DNA from: Barthelona sp. PCE | Taxonomy: Eukaryota | Direction: 5' to 3' | DNA length: 64,000 nucleotides | Assembly: GCA_040285745.1 (NCBI GenBank) | Contig: JAUFOR010000008.1 | Coordinates: forward strand, 682,001 to 746,000 | Shown: positions 1 to 10,110 of the stretch, in pieces | Position numbering within the stretch: position 1 is the stretch's first letter | How the letters are laid out: each line of letters opens with the position of its first letter | Translations under genes and position numbers: made by a program | The notes under the pieces: generated by a model | What the model was told of the DNA's origin: nothing | The model's database searches: none | What the model saw: only the letters and a program-made list of their open reading frames with translations

Positions 1-11
1 TTGGATTTTTA

Positions 12-3000
12 ATGAAATTTTTAAATATTTTTGCAAAAACAATGAAGAAAAAACAAGTTGTTCAACTTTTTAACATTCTTTCCCCCTATCTCAATTCCAA
101 CAATGCCTTTTTAAGCAGATTTTCTTCAATGGTCTTTGGAGTTCTTTTACGTAAGAAATCTGTAGATAAGCTTGATCGCTTTTTGTTATTTGCGTTTGAG
201 TTATTCGGCGACAAGATATCTCACCAGGCTCAAGCCCTCTTTTTATTTGAAGGTTTTCGTGGGTTTAAACGAACTTTATCAAGTCGAGCAAACATTATTT
301 TTGAGTTAATTCTCAATACAGTGACAATAGATTATACAGTAATGCTGCTACTTATGAAGCTTCTCTCAGTGCATACGACATCGGACACAAATAAGCCGAT
401 TTTGGACATGCTTTTCGGAGCAATCAACTTACCAACGCACTTACCTCAATCGTTGTTATTGGACGCAATCGAAGTATTTGTCTCTGATTTCAGAGGAAAG
501 AAGTTCAAGCACCATACCGAGTTATACGATTTCGTATTTGGTGTTCTTTCAGATATTTCGAGTGTTTCAGATTTTAATGTCCCAAGTCTCTTAACTTGTA
601 TCACATTTCTTTGTGTTTCATCCCCAGATAGCCTCGCGCATCGCGTACCAGAGCTCCTGACCGCTGCGGTTGAGCTCCCTTCAAGGATGGTTGTCTCACT
701 CTGTTTTGGCTTGATTGATAGGGGATCGGTGAACTCACTGGCATTCCTGAACAAGCTAGTGCTGAAGGATGTTCCGCTATTGGATAAAATTGCATGTTGC
801 TTTGCTAGTATCGGACACAAGGTGAGTTTCTCACTACGCCCACTTCGACTTTTAAAGTTTTCAGCAAAAGCTGATTCATTCATTCAGGAGCTCGTTGACA
901 ATGTTAGCAACAAAGACGATGGGCTATTTGGCTTTTCATTGGGAGAGATCGCAGTTGATATCCTGCTTCACATTGCATTTTCTGATGATAATGTTGCTTA
1001 TCTTAGGGAGCATACAAAAGATTGCACAGATCCCAACGTTCTCTTTCTGCGCCACTCAAATGGGTGCAGTTTGCCCAAGGTCACCGTTGCTGATGTAGAT
1101 CTTGCTGATGTCGCTTGGCTCCGTCTCGTTTGCTGTGACACAGGTGTTGCCCCTGCTCTCACACTACCCGATTTATTGCCGCTGTTTGGACACCCATCGC
1201 GCGTTGTTCGTCATCTGGTCTGTTTAGTTGCAAAATCGCGCTTTGCTTCATCGGAAGAGGAAGAGCTTGTTTTGCAACACTTAATCGATATCCAAGCCAC
1301 TGCACACACCGTTGAACGTTCTAAGGACAATGTTGCATCTATCCTTGCAGTCGGTGCTCTTGTTGAATTCAAGAGAATATCTACTGAATTTATTGAAGTT
1401 GTTTTCTATTCCGTCATCGGTCTAATGTTTGATGGATTTAAGCCCATTCAGCGCCACCTTCAGCGCTGTGTTGCACTTTGCTCGCGTACAATGACACAGT
1501 CATCAATCATTGAGCTAGCTGCTTTACTACATAAGACGGCTCATTCGTCCAATCTTTTGAACCTGGAAGAGGTCAAAGCTGTGGATTACACACCCACAGG
1601 AAGAGGTAAGCGGTCGAAGGTAAACATCCTTGACGGTTACGAACCTGAGGCAGTCGATTTGGATGAGTACATCACCAAAAACATCGAATACAACGTCGCA
1701 AACATGCTCATTTCGCTTAATGCACGTATGCGCACGGAGAATGATGACTACGATCACGTACTCAGACTGAAAAATATCATCTCTCCTGATCAGGTAGAAA
1801 CACTGCAGAAAATGTCTGATCACCGTCGTGTAGGCCGCGCAATGAACGTACTAGTTAACTTCTTTGAGAGCCTTCTGTCGACCGAGCACGATTTTGAGTT
1901 CTCAGTCAATTCAGCCTTTCGCGACATGGCCATTTCACTCTTCTGTCTCATGATTCACGAACAATTTGAACCTGCCTTCTCAATGTACCTGTTGGACGAA
2001 TCCCTCCGCTTCTATGTTGAGAAGATTGCTTCACTTACCGGCGTAGAGCAGAATACAACTGTTATTACAGCATATGAGCAAGAAGACGTGCCTGCTCAAT
2101 CAAAGGAAATTAAATCCATGGCAGCCCAGTCAGTCACTAAACTCATGACGGTTCTTGAGAAGTGCAAAGGCCTGAACCATGCTGACACAACAACGCGGAA
2201 ATTATTTGAGCGGATCTTGTTAAATTTACTTCAACACACTGATCCAGGCCTGCAATTCATTGCATTTTCATGCCTCATGCGTATGGATGGTAAGTATAAA
2301 TACCGCTCTCTCTTCTCTTTCGAATCATCAGAGGATATCATTACTGTGCGCCTAATTCGTGATCTGCTAAGTGAAACATCTTTCCGAACATCGCTCACAT
2401 CGATATATGCAATGTTTAGTGGGGATAAGATCGAGAGGAGCATTCGTGCAGCTTCATCAGAAATCGTTACACGCTTGCTGTATGGTAAGATGTTGCGTAA
2501 GGGTGGTAAGGCAGTTATTCGTGTTAAAGATATTGCTACGTCAAGCGGTAACCGTCGTGCGAATATTACACAGCGAATGCGCGCCATTGTTGACTTCATT
2601 TGTGTATGTCCACCCATTGCTCGTCAAACTTTTGAGTCATGCATGCTCGACTCGCTTGAAATGGTACCCCAGACAGAGTGGGAGATGCCTACATCCCGTA
2701 TGTATTTTTCACCCTATAAGATCAAGGCGTTTAACGTCATTGCACCTTATTACATTGATAGCGTTTGCTCGCTGGATGTTAATATATCATTCGTTGAGCG
2801 TCTTGGCGCTATGTACTTGCAGGTGCTCGAGTTCATCGAGCGTACAACAAAGAACGTTACACTACGTAACCGCTACAGGAACAGTGTTTGGAGTTCTTTT
2901 GCGCTCTTTGTGCTTAACTTTGTTTCATATGATGAGTGCAAGGCTGTTGTTCGTACAGTCATGGAGAAATACGAGTGTCGCGACGATACTGGTTTACTGT

Positions 3001-6000
3001 TCGGGCGCATGGTGCCACTCGCGCATCTCTCATTGTGCGACACATGCATCATGGAGCTTCTCAACGAAACTCACTGGTTGGAGACGATGGTCAACAGCAT
3101 TCACGTGTACAGTGTCAAGTCGTCCACATATGCCAGAGACGTCATTCGTAGCACAAGTGTTCTCATCAGATCATGCAACATTGAGCCTCTCAGTAACCGT
3201 TTAGGTTCGCGTTTACTTCGTCACGCCGACTCCATGTTTGTTGACTCCGTGTTCGACGTACCCCTCACTGGTGACAAGCGCACAGATCTGCTTGAGGCAG
3301 TGTTTGAGGAGCTGTTCATATGCATCAGACGAACAAAGGTAGCCTTCACACCTCAGCTCGTTATGTTTGCACAGCTCCTTCCCCTTTTCCCACAGCATTA
3401 TGCACGTGTGTTCACTCTCATCTGTGAGCATCTCAAGGCGCTTGTGACATATCGTGGTTGTCGTACAGCTATGAACTCGCACTTAAACGGGTTAACAATT
3501 TTTTGCGTTTGTCTTGCTGATATTGCCCCAACTCTTGACAGAGAGTTCGTGCAAACCAACCTAAACTACATTCTTCCAGTTTATTTGCAGTTTGCAATGT
3601 TCTCAGAAGCGTCCACTCGTCGTAACCAGTTTTCAATGGCTAACTCAAGCGACTTCCTTTTGAAGCTCATGGTTGAGGTGGTTGTTCCAATCGACAAGTC
3701 ATACACAACGCTGTTTGCCACTGACGAGGCACTGAACTTCAGAGGTAAGTACGCTGAACTTCTTCAGTTCCTCAGATCAACAGATGAGCTCCCATTGGCG
3801 GACGAATTCCAGCAATTGTGTACATCGTATGCTGTGTTGAGATGGTTATCTCACAGCGATCTTGGACTGAGAGATGCTGCTACATACATGCTAGCAGATC
3901 TTATCGACCAATGTGGAGTTGTCCAAGAACGTGTTTTGCCATATATCAAGCGATTTATTAAGTTCAGAGATGGAAACATCCGTTTTGCCTGTTTACACAT
4001 AGCTTCTATTCTTTGCGATAGAGATTCACGTTTCTTTGAGGCTGACTACTGTTATCTTTCAGAAATCGGAGTTTTAAAGCAATGGATGATTTTTACCCCT
4101 GGTCACTTTGCAGACGGTCTTCGTTTGTTGCGTGATTCAGAACTGAAAATGTCATTCTCGTTTATCAGGCGAACGCTCATGACTGTTATGTTCAGTCTGT
4201 TGTACGAATACACTCAGTACATCCACGTCGAGAAGCAGAACCGTGGTGCCTTTAAGGAACAGCAGAATGCTGTAGCACAGCTAATGGCAAGTTTTTGTCG
4301 CCGTGTTGCGCTGCATTTCAGCACTAAACAACAGTATCTCATTTTTGCACGTACAGTTGTCGACCAGGTTACAAAGTGGAAACGCTCACGAATCCGTGGA
4401 AGTGCTAAAAAGGCACTGTTGGACAGTGGCCTCAAGGTTTGCACTTCTGTATTTGATGCTCTTGATCCCGAAGTATTTGAGGAAGCACAAGGCCTAGTTG
4501 CACAGGGTATCTTCGAAGAAGCCGATGTTGTTGAGCCAACTGAGATGGAGCCAGTCACTGTCGAGTCTGCTGAGCCTGAAATGGTTGAGGTAGAGAGCGA
4601 AGAAGAGTCTGAAGAAGAAGAAAGTGAGAGTGAGAGCGAAGAAGAAGAAGAAGAAGTAGTTGATTCTGAGTGGGAGTCTGACAGTGAGGATGAAGATTCC
4701 GAGCCCGAGAAGGAGATTTTCCAAGAGGAAGTTTTGGATCCTGCAATGCAACGTGCCAGCTCTTCAGCTATAAAGTTCATTTCATTCAAACTTTTACGCC
4801 CCATTCTCAATTTGGTAACATCCCGTAAGTCCGATGCTACAGCTACAATCAACTCACATCTGGTATCATCCATATGTTCCGTCGTTATTAAGATGGGGTT
4901 CAACGTTGGTGACAACGTTATTCCACAATTGCTCAGACAATTGCTCTCCATCATGCACGATAAGGATGAAGATACACGTCGTGTTTCTCGCGAGGCCATT
5001 CGTATGGTCTTCACCTTGGTTGGTGCCCGTTATTACGCTTTCCTTTTGGCAGAGTTGGAGACTGGTTTCACACGAGGTTTTTATGTTTATGTTCGTGTTT
5101 ACACCGCTATTGCAGTTCTCCAGTCGCTTTTTGAGGCATCCCGTGCGATGCCTGAATCCGACATGGATCTATATGCAGTGAGCGATTGTGCTAGCCCTGT
5201 GCTCAATGTCCTCATGCTGAGTCTTTTCGAAGGTAAGGTTGATGAGGAGAAGGGGCGGTTCGTAAAGGAGGCCAAGGCGCAGCGTGGTATCGAAGCCATG
5301 CGTTGGTTTGCCAACCTCATTGATCAGAACGCATACATGATGGTCTTTGATAGGTTGGTCGGGCAGGCAGCAAAAGAGAACGTCGAGAAGAGAATTAGGC
5401 GTGTTTATGACGCCTGCAACCATCTTTTATTGGGTATCATCGACTCATCACCTCATACCGAGATTTTACCACTCATTTTCGCAATGAGTGTCAAACAGGT
5501 TTATGTAGCTGAGAACAACGAGCATTTAACGAAGCGAACGAGCGCCATTAAGGCAAACCCGCTTTCTGCTGTTGAGATCAAGAGGGTGTCGCTTTACGAG
5601 AAAATGAGGTATGTACGTCCAGAAGAAATTTCTTTCCACTTTGTTCGTCCAACCAATATGGTTAATTCAATGCTCGCTTTGACGTTGTATGAATGGATCG
5701 CCCTGCGTTTACTATTATCTCTATTCAAAATGCACGTGGGTACACTTAAGAAGGGGTTCCGTAGTGGTGACGATACAATCACAAAGTATTTGAAGGAAGT
5801 TGTGCTGCTGGTTGACACCGTGCTGAAGAAGCGTCAGTTCTCCGAGGCATCCACTATGGCACTCCGAGCAACACTCGCCCTACTTGACATTCCCTTACTC
5901 ATATCAGAGGATGACTTGGACAATGTGATGGAGTCTGTGTTCTTCTACTTCAAGGAGGCAACGGGTGATGGCCGTGCGCAGGCTCGTTCTGTGGCTGTGA

Positions 6001-7811
6001 AGGTTATTTCGCGAATCCTTGAGTTACAAGACGGCAAGCTAGCAAAACGCGTACGATGCAATGAATTCGAGAAGGCCAAGCCTGATTTCATCCCGGATCA
6101 GAACCTGGACGCTATTGTCGCTTACTGTCGCGCCCATCTGCTCCAGCAGACTGAGGATTCTACTAGTGTCTTTTTCTTGCTGAGTCTCATTGTTAAAAAG
6201 CGTGTTATCTCAAAGAATCTTTATGATTTAGTCCAGAAGGACGTCACTGAGTTGTTCTTTGACACAACAAAGCTGTTTAAAGAACCCGACCGAGTCTACA
6301 ATTTACTTCGCCTAATTCTCATTGATTTCTACACAAAGTACCCACTTTCAACTCGTAACAGAAACAAGCTCTTCAATACGCTCATCACACAGCTGAAAAA
6401 CCCATACGTTTCGGACCGTATAACCAACCAGATCTTTGCTCTCATCAAGGATATTATCACATACTTCCCTGTTGCATATCTTAAAGATCGTGTTGTTCTA
6501 ATGTTCGTATCACTTGTCTTTTCATGCAAATGGTTGTTTACGAGCCTAAATTTCGAAGGAAAGGAATCTGTGGATGGTAGGTTCGTTAGTTCCACAACAA
6601 TGACTGCATTCGACGATTGTGTCCAAGCTATATATGACATGTGTGTTAAATGCTCGCTGGGAGAGGAGCTCCGTACTCTGAGAGACCTTTCTTTCTCATG
6701 GATTAAAGATTCCGCTGAACTGGACTCCGTCAAACACTTTTCAGTTACTTTATTCGGCACAGTAGCTCTTCGCGTCATGATTGCATCACCAAATTCTTTT
6801 TCCGCACTGGAAACAGGTTACTATGTTACTCAAACACTCACTGACTTGATCACAACCCTGCTCGACCGTCTCCCTGATCTCTGTCGTCGCCTGGAGTCCT
6901 TAAAAGAGTTCCCGGACATGCTCAGCGATGTCATCAACGAGCAGCGCTTCTATATATCACTTTTAAACGCTAGCATGCGTTGTGTTTTGCTTTTACCTCA
7001 AGAGCAGTTCCTTGGCTTTATTCCATTTTACTTCAAGTGCTTTGATGTTTTCACACGTCAACAGGACCTGGAACTTACTGTCACCATCATCGAACGCGTT
7101 GTTGGCGTTGAATTATTAGCTGAACAACGGGGTTTGATTTATACTCGTGTGCTCAAGTTGTGGCTTATTCATCATAGTAAGCTATCTGCATTCGGTGACA
7201 GAATCGCAAAGATTCTCCTTTCAATCATTGACACACCTCTTGAAACCGACGCGCTTAAAACAATTGAAAGATTGTCTGGCTCTTGCCGAAACCCAAAGAA
7301 CCGGGCTATCCACACGCATTTGTTGCATCTTCTCATTGCATCGGGCCTCAAGCTCCTTGCTGCTGATGTGTACAGCATTGAGATATTCGGTACACTGATG
7401 GTTTCTATTGTTTGGGCGTCAAAGGTTGAAGAATTACGTGAAACTGCGAATGAAGCAGTTTCTATCATCAGAGATCGATTGGGGTCCGAGAGGTACATCG
7501 ATAGTCTGAACAGAGCACGTGAAATGCGAAAGGATAGAAAACAGAAGAAGAAGAAGGAGACTAATCTGGACGTTTTTATCAGAAAGAAGCAACAAAGGGA
7601 AAGCTCAAAGAAATTCAAACAGAAAAAGATGGAGCAGATCAGGCTGAAGCACAACAAACGTGCACGCGGTAAAAGCGATGGACCTGTTGACATGGAAAGA
7701 ATTAATCAACAGATTCGTTCATTGGAACGTAATTATAGTGAAGCTGAACAAAAGGAAAGAGCCAGGAGGGCAATTACCGGTGAAGGATCAAAAATTCAAA
7801 AACTTGAATAA
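12..7811 (+). CDS. UTP20: U3 snoRNA-associated protein 20 (UTP20/DRIM), HEAT-repeat SSU processome subunit; probably 5'-truncated by the window edge
   Basis: 2599-aa helical ORF with UTP20-like blocks LLQHTDPGLQFIAFSCL, RLLYGKM, TRGFYVYVRVYT, KEAKA and FYTKYPLS, plus a Lys/Arg-rich C-terminus. The frame stays open upstream of the ATG to the window edge. Confidence 0.8.
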   Translation: MKFLNIFAKTMKKKQVVQLFNILSPYLNSNNAFLSRFSSMVFGVLLRKKSVDKLDRFLLFAFELFGDKISHQAQALFLFEGFRGFKRTLSSRANIIFELILNTVTIDYTVMLLLMKLLSVHTTSDTNKPILDMLFGAINLPTHLPQSLLLDAIEVFVSDFRGKKFKHHTELYDFVFGVLSDISSVSDFNVPSLLTCITFLCVSSPDSLAHRVPELLTAAVELPSRMVVSLCFGLIDRGSVNSLAFLNKLVLKDVPLLDKIACCFASIGHKVSFSLRPLRLLKFSAKADSFIQELVDNVSNKDDGLFGFSLGEIAVDILLHIAFSDDNVAYLREHTKDCTDPNVLFLRHSNGCSLPKVTVADVDLADVAWLRLVCCDTGVAPALTLPDLLPLFGHPSRVVRHLVCLVAKSRFASSEEEELVLQHLIDIQATAHTVERSKDNVASILAVGALVEFKRISTEFIEVVFYSVIGLMFDGFKPIQRHLQRCVALCSRTMTQSSIIELAALLHKTAHSSNLLNLEEVKAVDYTPTGRGKRSKVNILDGYEPEAVDLDEYITKNIEYNVANMLISLNARMRTENDDYDHVLRLKNIISPDQVETLQKMSDHRRVGRAMNVLVNFFESLLSTEHDFEFSVNSAFRDMAISLFCLMIHEQFEPAFSMYLLDESLRFYVEKIASLTGVEQNTTVITAYEQEDVPAQSKEIKSMAAQSVTKLMTVLEKCKGLNHADTTTRKLFERILLNLLQHTDPGLQFIAFSCLMRMDGKYKYRSLFSFESSEDIITVRLIRDLLSETSFRTSLTSIYAMFSGDKIERSIRAASSEIVTRLLYGKMLRKGGKAVIRVKDIATSSGNRRANITQRMRAIVDFICVCPPIARQTFESCMLDSLEMVPQTEWEMPTSRMYFSPYKIKAFNVIAPYYIDSVCSLDVNISFVERLGAMYLQVLEFIERTTKNVTLRNRYRNSVWSSFALFVLNFVSYDECKAVVRTVMEKYECRDDTGLLFGRMVPLAHLSLCDTCIMELLNETHWLETMVNSIHVYSVKSSTYARDVIRSTSVLIRSCNIEPLSNRLGSRLLRHADSMFVDSVFDVPLTGDKRTDLLEAVFEELFICIRRTKVAFTPQLVMFAQLLPLFPQHYARVFTLICEHLKALVTYRGCRTAMNSHLNGLTIFCVCLADIAPTLDREFVQTNLNYILPVYLQFAMFSEASTRRNQFSMANSSDFLLKLMVEVVVPIDKSYTTLFATDEALNFRGKYAELLQFLRSTDELPLADEFQQLCTSYAVLRWLSHSDLGLRDAATYMLADLIDQCGVVQERVLPYIKRFIKFRDGNIRFACLHIASILCDRDSRFFEADYCYLSEIGVLKQWMIFTPGHFADGLRLLRDSELKMSFSFIRRTLMTVMFSLLYEYTQYIHVEKQNRGAFKEQQNAVAQLMASFCRRVALHFSTKQQYLIFARTVVDQVTKWKRSRIRGSAKKALLDSGLKVCTSVFDALDPEVFEEAQGLVAQGIFEEADVVEPTEMEPVTVESAEPEMVEVESEEESEEEESESESEEEEEEVVDSEWESDSEDEDSEPEKEIFQEEVLDPAMQRASSSAIKFISFKLLRPILNLVTSRKSDATATINSHLVSSICSVVIKMGFNVGDNVIPQLLRQLLSIMHDKDEDTRRVSREAIRMVFTLVGARYYAFLLAELETGFTRGFYVYVRVYTAIAVLQSLFEASRAMPESDMDLYAVSDCASPVLNVLMLSLFEGKVDEEKGRFVKEAKAQRGIEAMRWFANLIDQNAYMMVFDRLVGQAAKENVEKRIRRVYDACNHLLLGIIDSSPHTEILPLIFAMSVKQVYVAENNEHLTKRTSAIKANPLSAVEIKRVSLYEKMRYVRPEEISFHFVRPTNMVNSMLALTLYEWIALRLLLSLFKMHVGTLKKGFRSGDDTITKYLKEVVLLVDTVLKKRQFSEASTMALRATLALLDIPLLISEDDLDNVMESVFFYFKEATGDGRAQARSVAVKVISRILELQDGKLAKRVRCNEFEKAKPDFIPDQNLDAIVAYCRAHLLQQTEDSTSVFFLLSLIVKKRVISKNLYDLVQKDVTELFFDTTKLFKEPDRVYNLLRLILIDFYTKYPLSTRNRNKLFNTLITQLKNPYVSDRITNQIFALIKDIITYFPVAYLKDRVVLMFVSLVFSCKWLFTSLNFEGKESVDGRFVSSTTMTAFDDCVQAIYDMCVKCSLGEELRTLRDLSFSWIKDSAELDSVKHFSVTLFGTVALRVMIASPNSFSALETGYYVTQTLTDLITTLLDRLPDLCRRLESLKEFPDMLSDVINEQRFYISLLNASMRCVLLLPQEQFLGFIPFYFKCFDVFTRQQDLELTVTIIERVVGVELLAEQRGLIYTRVLKLWLIHHSKLSAFGDRIAKILLSIIDTPLETDALKTIERLSGSCRNPKNRAIHTHLLHLLIASGLKLLAADVYSIEIFGTLMVSIVWASKVEELRETANEAVSIIRDRLGSERYIDSLNRAREMRKDRKQKKKKETNLDVFIRKKQQRESSKKFKQKKMEQIRLKHNKRARGKSDGPVDMERINQQIRSLERNYSEAEQKERARRAITGEGSKIQKLE
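4585..4710 (+). repeat. GAA/GAG/AGT-rich low-complexity tract encoding an acidic Glu/Ser/Asp insertion in UTP20
   Basis: (GAA)n runs translate to VEVESEEESEEEESESESEEEEEEVVDSEWESDSEDEDSEPE. Confidence 0.85.
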
Positions 7812-7838
7812 ACACTAATTCGTTATACGTTAATCATT

Positions 7839-7846
7839 CCTTTTCA
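7839..7846 (+). promoter_or_regulatory. CCTTTTCA candidate core-promoter/initiator element
   Basis: 32 nt upstream of ATG 7879; the same 8-mer precedes other genes. Confidence 0.55.
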
Positions 7847-7878
7847 CTAATTTAGTGTGTTTTGAACCCGTAAAAGGT

Positions 7879-10095
7879 ATGCCACACTATCAGGGTAAGC
7901 GTGTTTATGCACCATTGTTATCAGAGGAGGAGAAAGAGGAGCCATTTTTCCGCGAACGCACTTCGGGTGGTGAATTCACAAAGTATGATGAGTATCTCGC
8001 GTGCCACTACCTCCTCAAGGAACGTATTTTTAATCAAAGTTATTGTAAGCCAGGAAAACTTGTATCTTTTCATGAAGCACTTGTACAAGAGCAAAATGAA
8101 ACTAAGAAACGGTTTGAAGTGCCAGATCAATGCATGGTTGATGTTGAGAATCATCTAAAAGCATTCAAACATGATTCTTTTGAAGAACTTGTTGTCAAAG
8201 CTCTTCCTATCATTCAGCAATTTCCTCTGAAGGGTGAGAAGGTACGCCTTGAGCAGCACCAGGGCCAGCCTGACGGTTATATTGTTGGCTACGCCGAGTC
8301 TCTGGATGAGCACTCTAAAGACTATGGGACTGCGATCGGTCAACCAGTATTTATCACTGTTAAGGTCGATAGGCGTCTTGTTACTGTGCCTAACACAGAG
8401 TCAGAAATTGCAGCGTATAAGTTTCACGCAGACGAGTATTTTTCTCGCATCGTTGTTGATAGTTTAATCAAAAGAGGACGTTTGCAATGTGACTTCACAT
8501 CACAGGTATCACTTGGCACCCTGGCAAAGAATATCCAAGTTGAGGAAGTGGAGCCAGAGAAGAAACCTAGAAAACCACGTAGGAAAAAAATTAAGGGAAA
8601 AACAGTCACTTTACCAAGTGGTATTGTGGAGGAGAACTCTCGTCTGGCGTTCCCGTGCGAAGACAGCGATGTTGAGATGGTGGAAGATAAGACAGGCATG
8701 CTCAAGAGTGAGAGACTGACTGTTGCTTTACCTGAGAGCATTGATATTGTAGAAGACGCTTCTCTTACCGTGCTACTCAACACGTATTCACTTCTCACAT
8801 TGTTTAATGATTTCTTTGTTGTCCCAACTCCGTCTCTCAATGATTTTTTGGTCGAATTCTCATCAGATTTCATGTCGAATCTTTGGATTGAGCTCTGGAT
8901 CGCAATAATCCAAGCAGGAATAGTCTGCTTTGACGTTTACAAAAATATGGTTGCTGTTACACCAGAGAACGTGTTGGATGTTGCACTTGAAGCTTTGAAA
9001 GGATTTGTCGTTGATGATGAAAAGGCAAAGGCAATTGTTGAAAGCATTTCTTTCCCTAGTTTTGAGGAATTGTTTACGCATCTCCATGATGAGGGGGAAA
9101 ATGCTGAAGATCTCAAATTTGTGAAAGAAATCGTTGAAAGTATGGAGTTTGAGTGGATTTACAGTGTTGAACCCGAGCAGAAGAAGGTTGTCAAAGAAGT
9201 GGAGGACGAGGATGTTGATTATGAGGAATTTTTCTATGAATATGTCAGTGAGGAATCAGAAAACGAGAGTGATGGTGTGTACGAGAGTGATGATGGTTAC
9301 GATAGTATAAGTGGTGGTGAGGAAGAGTCTGCTGTTGAGACTGCATCAGAGGATGAAGTTGAGATGGAGGAATCCGAGATTGAGAGCGAAAGCGTAAAGG
9401 AAGAGGAGCCAGTCCAGAAGGAAGAAGAAAGTGAATCAGAAGAAGTAGTAGTAGAAGACCTCACATTGGAAGAGCGCATCAGCAGAGCGTTAAAACAGCA
9501 ACGAAGTAGCGATAAAGGATATGATGCAATCACCGACACTGTTAAAGTACCATATTTTTTGAGCAAAAACTTTGAGCGACGCTTGTTCTTACGTATGCAG
9601 CTGTGTTACAGATCGCTTACAGAGGAGCAACGTGTTCAACTACTTGATTGGTTTGTCTCTGGTATTATTCGTACCGAAAGTTTCCGAGCAGCTGTTGTTG
9701 AGAATGTTGAGAATAGCATATCAACGAGGATCATTCCGTTGGGTTATGACAGGAATAGGAGACGTTATTGGCGATATCCCAACTCAACAGATATATATGT
9801 TGATCGATATTTTGAGATAGCAAAGCTGAACAATTGTTTCACACATGAAGTCGATGAGTTACTACAATCAGAAACCAATGAGGCGCTCTGGGGATACTTC
9901 TCGGTCGATATGATTGAAAGCTTGAAGAAAACCCTTGATGTTAGAGGTATTAGAGAGAGGGGTTTACATGAAGCTCTAACAGCATTCCAAAAGGAACAAC
10001 CCAAAGAGCATGAAGAAGTAGCTGAACAGGAAGATCCTTTAAAGTACCTCCTTACAAAGAATAAGAGACGCAATCGGTATTATTCATGGAAATAA
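7879..10095 (+). CDS. WAC-DDT-WHIM domain protein (ACF1/BAZ1A/Itc1-like ISWI accessory subunit) lacking PHD and bromodomain
   Basis: WAC-like N-terminus (GEFTKYDEYL...ERIF...SFHEALVQE), DDT-like LLNTYSLLTLFNDFFVVPTPSLNDF, WHIM2/WSD PLGYDRNRRRYW and WHIM3 LDVRGIRERGLHEAL. First ATG is at 7879; the ORF track starts at a GTG. Confidence 0.8.
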   Translation: MPHYQGKRVYAPLLSEEEKEEPFFRERTSGGEFTKYDEYLACHYLLKERIFNQSYCKPGKLVSFHEALVQEQNETKKRFEVPDQCMVDVENHLKAFKHDSFEELVVKALPIIQQFPLKGEKVRLEQHQGQPDGYIVGYAESLDEHSKDYGTAIGQPVFITVKVDRRLVTVPNTESEIAAYKFHADEYFSRIVVDSLIKRGRLQCDFTSQVSLGTLAKNIQVEEVEPEKKPRKPRRKKIKGKTVTLPSGIVEENSRLAFPCEDSDVEMVEDKTGMLKSERLTVALPESIDIVEDASLTVLLNTYSLLTLFNDFFVVPTPSLNDFLVEFSSDFMSNLWIELWIAIIQAGIVCFDVYKNMVAVTPENVLDVALEALKGFVVDDEKAKAIVESISFPSFEELFTHLHDEGENAEDLKFVKEIVESMEFEWIYSVEPEQKKVVKEVEDEDVDYEEFFYEYVSEESENESDGVYESDDGYDSISGGEEESAVETASEDEVEMEESEIESESVKEEEPVQKEEESESEEVVVEDLTLEERISRALKQQRSSDKGYDAITDTVKVPYFLSKNFERRLFLRMQLCYRSLTEEQRVQLLDWFVSGIIRTESFRAAVVENVENSISTRIIPLGYDRNRRRYWRYPNSTDIYVDRYFEIAKLNNCFTHEVDELLQSETNEALWGYFSVDMIESLKKTLDVRGIRERGLHEALTAFQKEQPKEHEEVAEQEDPLKYLLTKNKRRNRYYSWK

Positions 10096-10110
10096 AACCA
10101 ATCAAACTAA

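Noticed and set aside
2371-3204. 277-aa alternative-frame ORF inside UTP20
   Set aside because: Non-ATG start, no recognisable motifs, and fully nested in a conserved CDS.
4214-5014. 266-aa antisense ORF with poly-Ser (similar cases at 23458-24126, 25405-26028, 7172-7693)
   Set aside because: These are mirror images of Glu/Lys-rich sense codons, which lack antisense stops.
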